Below are positions 30,365 to 42,900 of a stretch of DNA of 64,000 bases, one piece after another. The translations under genes were made by a program, and so were the position numbers. The first letter of the stretch is position 1; each line of letters starts with the position of its first letter. This DNA is from Thecamonas trahens ATCC 50062 (taxonomy: Eukaryota; Protista; Apusomonadida): the NCBI RefSeq assembly GCF_000142905.1, contig NW_013657666.1:37399-101398 (forward strand). Reading direction: 5' to 3'. The notes under the pieces are model-generated. The model saw only the letters and a program-made list of their open reading frames with translations. It was not told where the DNA came from and did not search any database.

Positions 30365-33300
30365 ATGGCAGAGTCGGTCACGCATGCAGCAGGTGCTGGC
30401 CAGCTCGACGAGGTGATGCGACTGGTGGAGGGCATGACGTCGCCGACGGATCGGGAGGAGGCCGTGGCAGCAGCTTTGGTAGCAGCGGCAAAGGGTGGGA
30501 AATTGCTCGTGGCGCAGTGGTTGGTGGATAGTGCCGGCGGGAAGCTGGTGGCCAAGGAGGAGGAGTTTGGGGGGAAGATAAGCCGCCGAGCCTCCTCGCG
30601 GCCGAGACGGACTCGTTGGAGATGATCAAGTGGGTGGCTGGTCACCCTCAGTTGCTCGCGTGTGCTGATGGTGCCGTAGAGGCATATCTGGGCTATGCTG
30701 TCCATGCTGCGGCAAAGGCTGGTTTTGTTCAGGTTGTGAGAGGCCTTGTGGATGAGGGTCTCTACACCGGACCGCTGTCCGGCGACGAGGACGACACAGC
30801 CCTGATGCTAGCGGCCCGGGGCGGTCACGCTGAGCTGGTGAGGTGGATGATCACTGAGAGCGGGATGGAGATCACGGCGGATGATGCAGGGAGCAAGGCT
30901 GATATTCGTGCCGCGCTCGTGTCTGCGGCACACGTGAACGACTTGGCCACGGTGCAGGTGCTCCTCTCGGCCGGCGTTTCAATGACAGCCACCGAATCGG
31001 TGCCAGGTGGCTATCTCGACCTGACGCCGGCAGCAGCAGCGGCGCAGGGCGGTGCGCTGGAGACGCTGCAATGGCTGGTGGCCGAAGATGTGGGCTGTCT
31101 GGTCGGTGGCGATCAACCGCCGCTGGCTGCCGCTGCGAGCCGAGGCCAACTGTCGATCGTGCAGTGGCTAGTCGAGCATGCTGGGGTGGACGTGGACGAA
31201 GTCCATGACGATGGAGGGACCGCGGCGTGTGCGGCTGCCGCGGCGGGCCACGCTCTCGTTGTCAAATGGCTTGTCTCGTCTGCCAACGCCGACCTCAACC
31301 GTGGCGACGAGGTCTGGCCGCTTGTTGCCGCAGCCGGTGACGGCAACATGGACCTAGTTCAGTGGCTGGTGGCTGCTGGTGCCGACGTGACCAAGCATGC
31401 CAAATACGCCGAGACCGCTGTCGAAGCTGCGCTTTCTCACGACCGGCCGGACATCGCCCAGTGGCTGGTGTCTTCCGGAGGCGCCAGTGCCGCGCTTGCG
31501 CTGCACGCTGCTGTCTCACTCGGCAACGAGGCCTTTGCAACATGGCTCGTCGACAATCAAGGCGTCGACATCGCAGATGTCAACGCCGACACTGATCTCT
31601 TTCTCGCTGCCGTGGCCACTGACAACGTCGCGCTGGTCCAGTGGGTCCACGACAAAGTTGACCTCGCCCTCGACCCTTTTCTCCGGCCGATAGTGCTGAT
31701 ACACGCGGCGGTTACGGGTGTTGTGGCGTTTGTCGAATGGTTGCTGGACGACGACCGTTGGCTCGCGCCGCTGCTGTACCTTGCGGCCTCATCGGGCGAG
31801 ACCGAGATGGCCAAGTGGCTGGTCGGCCGCGGGGCCCAGGGAGCTGTCGCGGTCGTGTCGGACCTGCCGTCAGAGCTCATCACTGGCGAGGTGAGTGAGA
31901 CGTTTGAAAGCAGCGAGTCGGCTCACATCGTGGTCCTTGTTGCAAAGCGCGCGTGGTCGTCGCTCTCCGAACACATTGCGGCGGGCTACACGCCGATGCA
32001 TCTCGCGGCGCACACAAACGAGACCCAGCTGTTGGCGCTCCTGATGGAGGAGGGCAAGTTGAGTCCGGCGGCACGCGGAAGCGACGGCACGACGCCGCTC
32101 CTCTGCGCTGCGCAATATGACGCTCTTGATGCCGCCAGGTTTCTGGTCGACGTCGGCGGCGCTGACGCCGATGAGGCGCGCGACGACAAAACGACGCCGC
32201 TGTACCTTGCGTCGGTGTACGGACATACCGAGATGGTGGTGTGGCTGGCAGAGAGCTGCGGCGCCAACACTGGGGTTCAGAAGAAGAACGGCGACACGCC
32301 GTTGCTCATTGCGGCGAACAACGGGCAGCTGGAAGTCATCCAGTGGCTTGTCACTGAGGGAAACGAGCCGACCACGGTCACCAACTCGTACGGCAGCACG
32401 CCGCTGTTTCTGGCGGCGATGAAGGGTCACGTCCATGTGGTCCGTTGGCTCGCGCTCGAGGCCGGCGCTCAGGTTGACGTGGCCAAGCCCAACGGCGACA
32501 CGCCGCTGCTCATCGCGGTGAACAACAATCACCTAGCCGTGGTCGAGTGCCTCGTGCGCGAGTGCGGCGCAGACGTCAACTTGGCCCGCAATGACGGCGC
32601 AACGCCGCTCTACCTTGCTGCACTCAAGAACCACGTCGAGATCATCGACTGGTTGATTGCCCACGGCGGGGCCGACGTTGAGCAGCCGCGGTCGACCGGC
32701 TCGACGCCGCTGTATGTGGCAGCTGTGGAGGGTCATCTTGCTGCGGCGCAGCGGCTACTAGCCGGCGGCGCGTCGCCGACCGCCGCCAACAACCGCGGCA
32801 CCACTCCACTGCTCATCGCAGCCAGCAACGGTCACGCGCACATCGTCCGCTGGCTTGTCACCGATGTGGGTGTCGACGTCAACGCGACGCAACCCAACGG
32901 AGACACTACCCTGCTGATTGCTGCCTTTCTCGGTAACGTTGAGCTTGTCCGTTGGCTGGTGGCCACCGGTGGCGCCGACGTCAACAAGGCGCGCAACGAC
33001 GGCGTCACTCCGCTCTACATTGCGTGCGTTCAGGGTCACGCCGAGGTTGTCGCCTGGCTCGCCGCGTACCCGGCCACTGACGTCAATCTCGGAAAGCCCG
33101 ACGGGACGAGCCCGCTCCACGAGGCCATTCAGCCCATCGACGCCGCCCTGGACATGGTCTCGGCGCTGGTGGCCACTGGTCGGGCCGATCTCGACCTGGC
33201 TCAGTCCGATGGCAAGACTGCACTGGGCGTCGCCGCCAGGTTGGGCATACTCCCGCTAGTTGCCTACCTCGTCGTGGCTGGCGCACGTGTCACCGAAGAT

Positions 33301-33456
33301 GTGATCAACTCAGTGCCGGCTCACTCGTCGCCCGTCGCTGATCTCCTCCATCTCGCCCACTCGCGCGACATCCTCCGTCGCGACGACATGCTCCTTGCCA
33401 TCGACAACCCAGGCGTCCGGGCCAAGCTCGCCGCCGCTGCATTTCCTCGATTCTGA
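30365..33456 (+). CDS. Ankyrin-repeat protein (>20 repeats); -1 frameshift at the G6 run 30569-30574
   Basis: Repeated G.TPL..AA..GH..VV.WLV...GADVN units. The first repeats lie in the upstream frame starting MAESVTHAAGAGQLDEV. Confidence 0.9.
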
Positions 33457-33529
33457 CTGCCCCCCATGCGGCACACGAGGTGACGACTTGGCAATCCCAC
33501 GACTCGACGACTGCGCGACCGTGCGACCC

Positions 33530-33760
33530 AGCGACTCGGCGACTCGGCGACCCGGCGACTCCGCGACCGCACCTGATCGCAACCAGACTGCACCCAAACA
33601 CGCCCCACACCCCCTCCATCGTTGTGCTTCTGGCTTTCCCATAATCACTCCCCTCTTGCCTTCCTCACAGTGACATGTCATGCCAACAGTAGCTCTCCGA
33701 ATGACCCGCAATGGTCTCGATCGCCCCGACAATCGCCCCGATAATCGCCCCGACAATCGG
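33530..33760. repeat. Short tandem repeats: (GCGACTCG)~5 at 33530-33570 and (ATCGCCCCGAYA)x3 at 33720-33760
   Basis: Directly visible in the intergenic spacer. Confidence 0.75.
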
Positions 33761-33919
33761 ACATGGCACTTTCCCCCATGCCCTCGTTTCCAAAACCTGT
33801 CCACTATACACACACACGCACACACCTCCCTCCATTCACCCCCACCCCCCCCCCCCCCCCCCCCACCCCCCCCCCACACCCCACCCCCCACCCCACCTCT
33901 GTCCACACCTCTGTCCACC

Positions 33920-36900
33920 ATGCCAGCCATCTGGCGCAACGGGGCATTTGCCGGAGAGGTACGCAACCACCACCACCACCACCACCCGCTACCCCCCCCC
34001 NNNNNNNNNNNNNNNNNNNNNNNNNNNNNNNNNNNNNNNNNNNNNNNNNNNNNNNNNNNNNNNNNNNNNNNNNNNNNNNNNNNNNNNNNNNNNNNNNNNN
34101 ACCCCTACCCCACCCTCCACCCACCCACCCCCCACCCCCCCACCCCCACCCACACACACACACAGTTCGGCGACCCGTACATCAAGGACACCAACCTGGA
34201 AGGAGGGCTCACCGCGCCATCCATTCGCAAGCTGAATGAGGTAGTTTCTTCTGCGCTCACATCGCATCCTTCTCTCCTGGAGACGCTGGTGCCTGGTCTG
34301 GCTGCGCCTGCTGCACGGATACAGGCACTGATGGAAGAGTTGGCCAGTGCGGCGGAAATCGATGAGCTCAAGGCGGAGATGGTCGAGTCAAAGTCGCTCG
34401 AGGGCATGGATGCCTTTCTTGAGCTGTTCATGGCAAAGATCCGTGCTATTCCTGTCGGTGGTATCCTTGTCATGGGCGGCGGCTGGATGGGCAAGGCATC
34501 CGGTCATGCTCTGCTATACGTACTCGAGCGCGAGGCTGACGATGCCTATGCCTTTGTGGCGTGCAACACTGGCGAAGGCATCCAGTACCACCCGTCGCTG
34601 GCCGGTGACGACCTGCTCTCGCGCAAGCGCAAGACCGCACTTCGCATTCCGGGCATTCCTGCCGCTGACTTTCTCGATCCGGCATTCTGGTACATGATCT
34701 GGAAGCTGCGAGTTACCAACAAGGAAGAGAACTCAGCTGCAGTCTTCTACGAAGTCCTGCTCGCCCATCTTGCTGCAGCTTCGGTCCTCGACCCTGCTGC
34801 CAACACCGTGTCCGGCATTGTTGCGGCCGACGCCGGCGGCGCGTCGTCGGGCGACTTTGACGCCGTCCAGCTCTCCGGCACCTGCTACTACAAGTGCATC
34901 GTTGCCGCCCTTCACTACCTCAACAAGCGCGCTGGTCTTTCTCGGGTGGCCTCGGACCAGATTGTCCTCTTCGTCCGCCTCGCCTACCTCCTGCAAACAG
35001 GCGCCGACCTTGACGATCTCGCCGCCCGGCGCACGGCAGCCGCAGCCTCTCCGCCGTCCGCCCCGCTCCCAGCGCCAAAGCTCGCCTCGCTCGCCCGCAG
35101 CCTTGCCTTTAACGACTCGGACGCCCGCATGGTCGCCATGGCCTGTGCTGAGACAGCACGATCTGCCGTCGCGCTCGCCGAGGCCAACGCTGCTACTGCC
35201 GAGACGCTCTCCGCAGCCGCGCTCGCTATCGTTCAGGACTGCATTGCAGACGTGACAGCCGCCGCAAACGCCGCCGCAGACGCCGCCGCCGCCGCGCCCG
35301 ACGACCTTCCACGCCCCGCCACTCCCTCACCAACCCCGACTTCCCCGGTGCTGAGCGGGTCGCTCGAGAGCGCTGCCACGGCACCGCTGCCCTTCACTGG
35401 CTTTGCCGCCCTCGCCGACACCCGCGACACGAGTGCCTTTGTCGGCGACACCACTGAAGCCGCGCCCGAACTCTACGTGGACCTCCTTCCGCCTCCCGCC
35501 GCGCTCGACTCGCTTCCGGCTGTCCTTGGCGCCATCCACGACCTCGCCGATGCCACGCGCAAGCTCCGGTTTAAGACCTCACACTGCGCCGACTCGCTTG
35601 CTGTCTTCCAGATCACCGCCCTCGTCGAACACGTTCTCACTTCGTCATTGCCGATCCCGGGCTCGTCGTCGTCCTCGGTCTGGCCGACGCAGCCGGCTCC
35701 TCCGGTCTCGGGCCTCACTCCGGCCTCGCAAGAGGAGGCTCTGCTCGACCTCCGCGACATCGCGCTGCAGTACATGTCGTGCTCGTGGTCGCTCTCGCCC
35801 GACCGCGCCCTCGATGCGCACCGTGCCCTCACGATGGGCGGTCTTCTTGCCCTCTTTGATGCGCTCGCACGCCTCTCCCCGGACTCGGCGCCGCCCTCGC
35901 CGCTTACCACCCTTCTGGCCGGCGCATCGCAGAGCGGCCACTTTGCCGGCACCGCCCTCGGCATCGACACCAAGTCGTTCACCTCGGCCTCGTTTGCGGC
36001 CGCCACCGACGCAGCTTGCCTCTACCGGCCGGCTTTCCTCGCCCTCCGCGCCGCTGTCATCACATACTTTGTCAACCTGCCGCAACAAGTTGCACTGTTT
36101 GCTTGGTCGCCCGCCCGGCCAGCTGGACCCTCCTTCCTCCGCCGCATGATGGAGACGCCACAGTACACCCTGACCGAAGACGATGTCACGCTCAAGGTCG
36201 TTGCGGAGCTCCTCCACGCCTGCGGTCTCGCGTACACGCTCCCGCCCATGCCGCGCGGCCGCAACCGCGGCGCTACCAACCCCGACGCCATGTCCGACGT
36301 TGAGCGCCTCGTCCGCTGGGCCGCCTCGGACTGGTCAGCTCTTCCGGCCTTTGCCGCCCTCCGCGACTTGATCTTCCTCTTCAAGCTCTCACTCGAGCCG
36401 CACATGCTCTTCTTCCTCGCCAACGAGCCGCTCGCAGCGCTCCCGGTCTGGCACGCCTCCCACGTCCGCCCCGACTGGCGCTTCTTCTCAGCCAACCAAG
36501 AGGGCAACGCTGCCACACTCCGCGTCGCGATCGCCGACCCGCGCCACAACCTCACCCTCGGCGTCGGCTCCGTCCACTCGTTTGCCTCGCTCTCGGTGCT
36601 CGCCAACAACGCCTCCGAGGCCGCCATCCTTCACGCCCACACCCTCACCTCGTTCGACGGCACCCTCTCGCCGCAAGAGTCAGAGCGCCTCCTCTCGTTC
36701 CTCACCCAGCGGTCGCTCGCCATTCCGCTGATCCTGGAGTTTTTTGCCGCCTCCCGTGTCGGCTATCTCCTCAATCCCTACCTCCAGCAGCTCCTCGAAT
36801 CGGTTCTTTTCGAGCCCGGGCCATGGACGCCCTCCCTCCACGCTGCCGGTGCCTCCATCGTCGACGTCCCGCTCGCGCCCGATGCCGCTGCCGTCGCCCT

Positions 36901-39900
36901 CGCCACCCCCATGGGCCGCCTCATGCACGAAGTTCTCTACGCACCTGCATCGCTCCTCCCTCCGCTCCTCGCCCTCCTTCGCGATGCCCTTGGCCTCTGC
37001 TCGCAGCACTACGACGGCCCGTTTGTCCCGCTCCTTCTCTACCTCGTCCGCCTCGCCACCCGCGTCCTCTCCTTTGCTGCGGCCGCTGCCGCAGACCCCG
37101 ACCTGGCCCGCCTCGCCCGCTCCACTGCAGAGGCCATTGCTGCTCAGGCTGCGCTCACCGACTTTCTTGCCACCGCCGTCGTCGATACACTCGCCGGCTA
37201 CATCGCCGCCGCAGAGGCTGGAGACGACCTCAAAACCTCCACGTCCCTCCACGTCCACATCACCCTTGTGTACGGCGCAGTCCTCCCGGGGCCGCTCGCT
37301 CACGCAGACGCTTTCCTCGCCTCCTCGGCTTTTGTCGTCTCATGGCACTCCGAATCGTTTGGTGCCCGCTCGTGGCCGCAGGATATCAACCCGCGCCTTG
37401 CCGTGCCCACTGCAGACGTTCCGGTCCACGACACGTTTTTTATCTATGAGCTTGCCCGCCCGCAGCTTGTCGCCGCGGTCGCGACCGCGCCTCAATCGGC
37501 CCTTGATGCCACGCTCTCTCGCGTTGTCGCAGCCGCACTCCAGCGCGAGGCCCCGGCGCTTAACGCTACCCCGGCCTGGCGAGGATGGTCTGCCGTCGCA
37601 GACAAGCCGCTCCTCTGCACCCACGTTGTCGAGTCGGCCCATCCCTACCCGAACGCCACAGACTACTACGAGACGGTTTCCTTCCCCGGCGCCCCGTACA
37701 TCACCCTCTATTTTGACCCCAAGACCTCCACTGAGGCCTCCGCGGACTACATCACCATCTACAAGGACGCCTCCTGCACCTCGTACTGGGGCCGCGGCAA
37801 GCGCATGTCCGGCTCGCCTGCAAAGGGCTGGCCCGGTGCGGGTGGCGCCCCGCCACTCGTCATCCCCGCCGACTCGTTTGTCTTCCACTTTCATTCAGAC
37901 GCCACAAAGCCCGACTGGGGCTACCGCCTCATCGCCTCGGCCCCGGTCGCTCCCGCCGCTCTCGCTGCCCTTGTCGATCTCCCGCCTCCGCCCTCGCTAT
38001 CTCGACAAACCATTCCACCACTCCTAGCCCAGCACGCCCTCGTCGCCACCTCGAACGTTCTCCAAGACGCGTACACATGGCTCGCAGCTGCAACTCCCGC
38101 CGATCTTTCCGCTCTTGTAGACGCCGGCTCGTCCGCTGCTGGCGACGACGCCGTCGCTGGCATGTACCGCGACCCCATGTCGGTCGTCGTTGTCAACATC
38201 CAGACTGCAGAAGTCTATCTCCGCTCGCGCATGCTCATGCCGGTCCCCATCGATGTCGCCGGTGCGCCTGACTTTACCCGCGTCCTCGGCGACCACGACT
38301 CTCTCTTTTGCGCCGTCCTCTCGGCGAACACTTCGGCGCGCACCCTCTCGGTCATGGCGCCCGAGGGCGTCCATACTGTTGTCGCCTGGCGCCCGCTCAC
38401 CTACGACGCCGCCGCTGCTGCCATGGCTGCCGCCGCCGCATCGGCTGCTGCCTCTGCTCCGGTCGTCCAGCCCTCGCACCCGGCATCCTCCTCGTCCAAC
38501 ACCCAAGCCCGCGCCCCGCTGGGTGGCCTCCCGGACCAGCCGGCCTACAACATGCCGCGCCGGGCGCCCAACGGTGGTCTCGCCTTTAACGGTCGCCTGT
38601 ACAACGACTACACCCCCGGCTCACTCTCTTGGATCTCGTCAAAGCTGGACGTCCTCGTCGACGACGCCCTCGCCTCGGCAGAAATCGCCGACGTGCCACT
38701 CCTCTGGGTCTCGGACGCCGTCACGCCGGCCTCGCTCTACGCCGTCGACTCGCATCTGATCATGTACATGCCGCCATCCGGTGACCTCGAAGCCGCCAAG
38801 GGCCATGTCGGCGGCTTTTACGCCATTGTTGCCTCGCCCGCCACCTCCTCGCTCGCTGTCTACGCCCTCGTCGAGCACGGCCGCCGCATGTACCCTCGCT
38901 TGTCTACGCCTCTGATGGTCGCCTCGCTCTGGCAGACCTCGAGCCCGACGCCGCCGAGCGTGATGAGCCCTGGCTGCCGGGCACCCGCTACGCTGCGGGC
39001 AACCTCTTTGATCTCACCCTCGACAAAAAGGGCCAGCTCATCCCGACTGCCGGTGCCGGCGAGCGGGTCCACGACTTGGTCGGCTCGGTCGTCATCTCCC
39101 GGCCCTTCACCCTTCCGCGAGTCGCCACCGCGCTCGCTGCCGCTGCCGATGCGCAGGCGGAGTACTGGGGCCACGCACTCGCCCCTCCCAAGCTCTCGGT
39201 CCTCTTTGAGCCGGCGGTCGCCGCCTCCCGCGAGACTTACGTTCCCCCGGCCCTTCTCACCGGCCTTCTCCCCGCCGCTCTTGTGCAAGCTTACCACTTT
39301 TGGCGTCCGGCCCCGCGCTTGATCCTTGGCTATCCGGCTCCCGACGCAGCTACACACTGCCCTTCGGCGCCAGGCACTCTGCTTGTAGTCACCCTCTCGC
39401 CGCGCATCGCGCTCCCGCTAGCGCCTCATCTCCCGCCGCTGCCGTTCCCGGTTGACCCGAGCTGGACCGCGCCGCGCCTCGCCGCTGCTCTCCTCGCCAC
39501 CCCGCCCTCGCCCCGCATGCACCCGCCCTCGCTGAGCTCATACATGCCGGTGCTCTCTGTGACGCCTACGGCCGCAACCTCTGCACCTTCTCGGGGGCGC
39601 TCTCGTCGACCTCGGCCCTCACCTGGGACGCCGCCGTCGTCCGTATCGCTACTGACGGCGTCGACGCCTCCGACAACGAACGCCCGGTTGCCCCGTGCAT
39701 CCACACGCTCATTAACGTTGCCGCCGCCCCGCCGTCTTCGCCAGCTGCCGCCACGGCTCGCATCTTCACCCGCATCGAGAACCTCTCCCACGTACTCGTC
39801 TGGTCCACCGGCGTCGCCCTGGCACCCACCGATCAGCTCCCGATCTCGCTGGTTGAGCTCCCGCGGCTTCGCACCCGCTTTGCGCTCCGCGCCTCGCAGC

Positions 39901-42900
39901 CACCGTCCTCGTCGCTTGCCTTTGCCTCGCTCGACTATGACGGGCTCGCCGTCGCCCCACACCCGCGCCCGGCCACGCTCGCTGCCGCCGGACCACTCTC
40001 GCATTACCTTGTTCTCGAGGACGCCTCGCGCCAGCAACACCTCATGGTGCCGAATGCACCGCTGCTGCGAGTCAAGATCAAGTCGTGTCCATTTTCGTCA
40101 GACATGGCTCTTGCGCGCGACGCCGGCTGGCTTGATGCCGTCGCCACCCGCGTCTACGTCTACCCCATTCACATCTCGGGGGCATATCTCCTCACGCCCT
40201 CGCTCTCGGCCGCGTTCTACCTCTTCTACGTCTCGCTCATGACCGTAACTACGCCGCCGCCGCCCGCTTGCTCCCGTCGTGCTCATCAGACATGGCCTTC
40301 TCGCCCGAGGAGCGCTGGGTCGTCTCGCTCCTCGCGGCCTCAGTCGACGACAAGCACCCGGACGCCCACGCTCTTCGCCTCCGGTTTGGTCTCATCATCC
40401 GCGAGTGCGGTGAGACCGTGCCTTGGGAGTTTGACGACGACGTCTCAGCCTACCTTGCCAAGTACCCGCACGTCTCCTCGCTTGCCCTCGTGCCGCTGGC
40501 CGATGAGCGTCGCCTCGTCTCTGACCCGCATCGCATCGCGCTTCTTGACGCCCTCGACGCCGCCGCCACTGCCGGCGAGCTTGCTGTTGTCACCGGCCCG
40601 CCGGCCCCGCCTGTCGACGCCGGTAGGCTTTGGTACTCGTTTGCGTCTGCTGTTCCCAACACCCACGCACAGCTCTCGGCTGCGCCCCGTATCCGCATTC
40701 GCTACAACAAGCCTGCCTCGCCGCTCGCGCCGCCGGCTGTCTTTCGCGCCCTCGAGGACTTTTTCGACGACACCCTTGACGGCCGCGAGGGATCCGGCTT
40801 TGCCTTTCTCTACGATGCATTGGTCGGCGGCCTCGACCTTGGCCTCTGGCTCGATGGCGGCTCGGCTTCGGCTTCCCCGTCATCGCCTCCTGCCACGCCT
40901 ACCCGGCCGGCTGTCGTCGACGGCCAGCTCGCCTGCCCAGCCTGCACCGTCTACTACCCCGCCGTCGACTCGGCTTGCAACATCTGCGGGACGCCAAACC
41001 TACTCGCTGCTGCCGCGCCGTCGTACGCTACAGAAGACCGGCTGGCCCTCTCCCGCCCACAGCGCAACCTCCTCCGCTTTGTCCTTCGCGCCAAGCTTCT
41101 TCTCATCACCAACAGCGGTGCCACCGAGTCGGTCCCCGCCCGCGACGCTGTCCTCCTCGCCCTCCTCATCGCTACCGAGGCCATCGTGGCTGACCTGGCT
41201 CCTGGCGCCAAAGCCGCTTCACTTCCGGCTCTTCCGCCCGGCCTTGGCGCCGACGACACCGGCCGCGACGTCGCCTCATTCCTCCCGCAGCTGCTGGCCG
41301 CCACCGCGCCCGTCGTCTCGTCGCCAACCTGGGCTGCCCGGGCCAGCGCCGCGCCCGTCGCCGACTTTGCCGAGGCCACAACGCTAGTTGTGGATCCCAA
41401 GGTCGCCATCCGCGGTCTCGAGCTCGCACCAGACACCGGCGGCTCGGCCATGTCGCTTCTTCATGCCGCATCGCTGCCGGTACATGCCAGCGATGCCTTT
41501 GTTGATGCCATTCGGCAACACAGTCTCCTCCTCGCCCCTGACGACCATGCTGCTGCCCTCTCACGTCCGCTAGCTGGCCTCGGTCTCGACGCCTACATCA
41601 CTCGCATCCCGCTCGCCGCCACCGACCTCCTCAATGCACTCCCCTTTGATCTCTCCTCGGCCGCTGAAGCTTCACTCGTCGCACACAACATGCTCGATCG
41701 CATGGCGAGCGACCTTGCCGCTTCGGCATCTGCCGCCACTTCTGCCTCGTCCTGGCACCTTGTCTCCCTCGACGCCCGCCTCCTCTCCGCCATGGACGCC
41801 GATGTCGGGACTCCGACCGCCCCCGGCACACCGTCGCCGCGCACCGTCAACGCCGCTCATGCCGATCACCTCCGCACTGCCCTTGCCTCGCTCAAAGACC
41901 TTGGTGCCGCCCTCGATGCCTCACGCCTCGCAGACCTCGATGCTATCCGCGCCGGCGTCGCTGCCATCGCCCGCCTCGCCAACGCCGCTTCAAACCCGAG
42001 CTCGCTCACTGCCATTGTCTTTGACCTCAAGCAGACCGGTGCCGTCCGCATCCAGCTCTGGTTTGAGCTCGTCGTCGCTGCCCTCCAGGCCAGTGAGCCG
42101 GCTCGCTATCTCGCTGCTCTCAACCCGCACCTCGACGCTGCAGACCTCGACGCCCTCCTTGCCATCGCCGCCACCGTCCTTGTCCGGACCGTCCGGCTCG
42201 CCCAGACAAACGCCGCTCTGGCTTCACTTGCTACCCTCACCAGCCACATCCACGAGCTCCTCGAGCGTCGTCTTCACACCGGTTGGTCCTTCCTCCGACT
42301 GCCGTCGCCCGGCCTCATTGCACACGCTCTTGCTGCCGCCGACTACGACCCAGGCGCGGCACGGTCTGCCGTCGCCGACCTCCTTAACGCGGCTGTGTCG
42401 CTCGAGGCAGACCTCGCTGCCAGCCTGAGGCTGTCGGACGAGGTTGCGTCGCGAATGGTGTCCCTTGTCCTCGCTTCGACCAGCTACTCGCTCGACGCTG
42501 CTTCCGCCATCCTCGCCACGCCAGCCCGACTCGCGCCCATGGTTGACGCCGCCGCCCGTGGCTGCCTCTACAATGGCGTCCCCCTCAAACTGCCGCCGGC
42601 CCACCCAGAGCTGGTGGGCTCGTCCGCCTCGGCCTCCTCGCTCGTTCACCTCGTCGAGCACACTGGCGCCGCGCTAGCGCGCATCCTCGGCGCCAAGCGC
42701 GCGTACGTGGACGAAACGACCTCGCTGCCGACGTTTGATCCGCGCTTCCTGGTCTTTGAGTTTTCAGTCGGCTTTATGCTCCGCGCCCGCCAAGTCGAGC
42801 TCATCGGTGACTTTGCCGCCGCTGCTGCCCAAGGCTCGTCAAGTGTCCATCAGATGATCATGGGCGCCGGCAAGACCACCGTCATCGGCCCTATGCTCGG

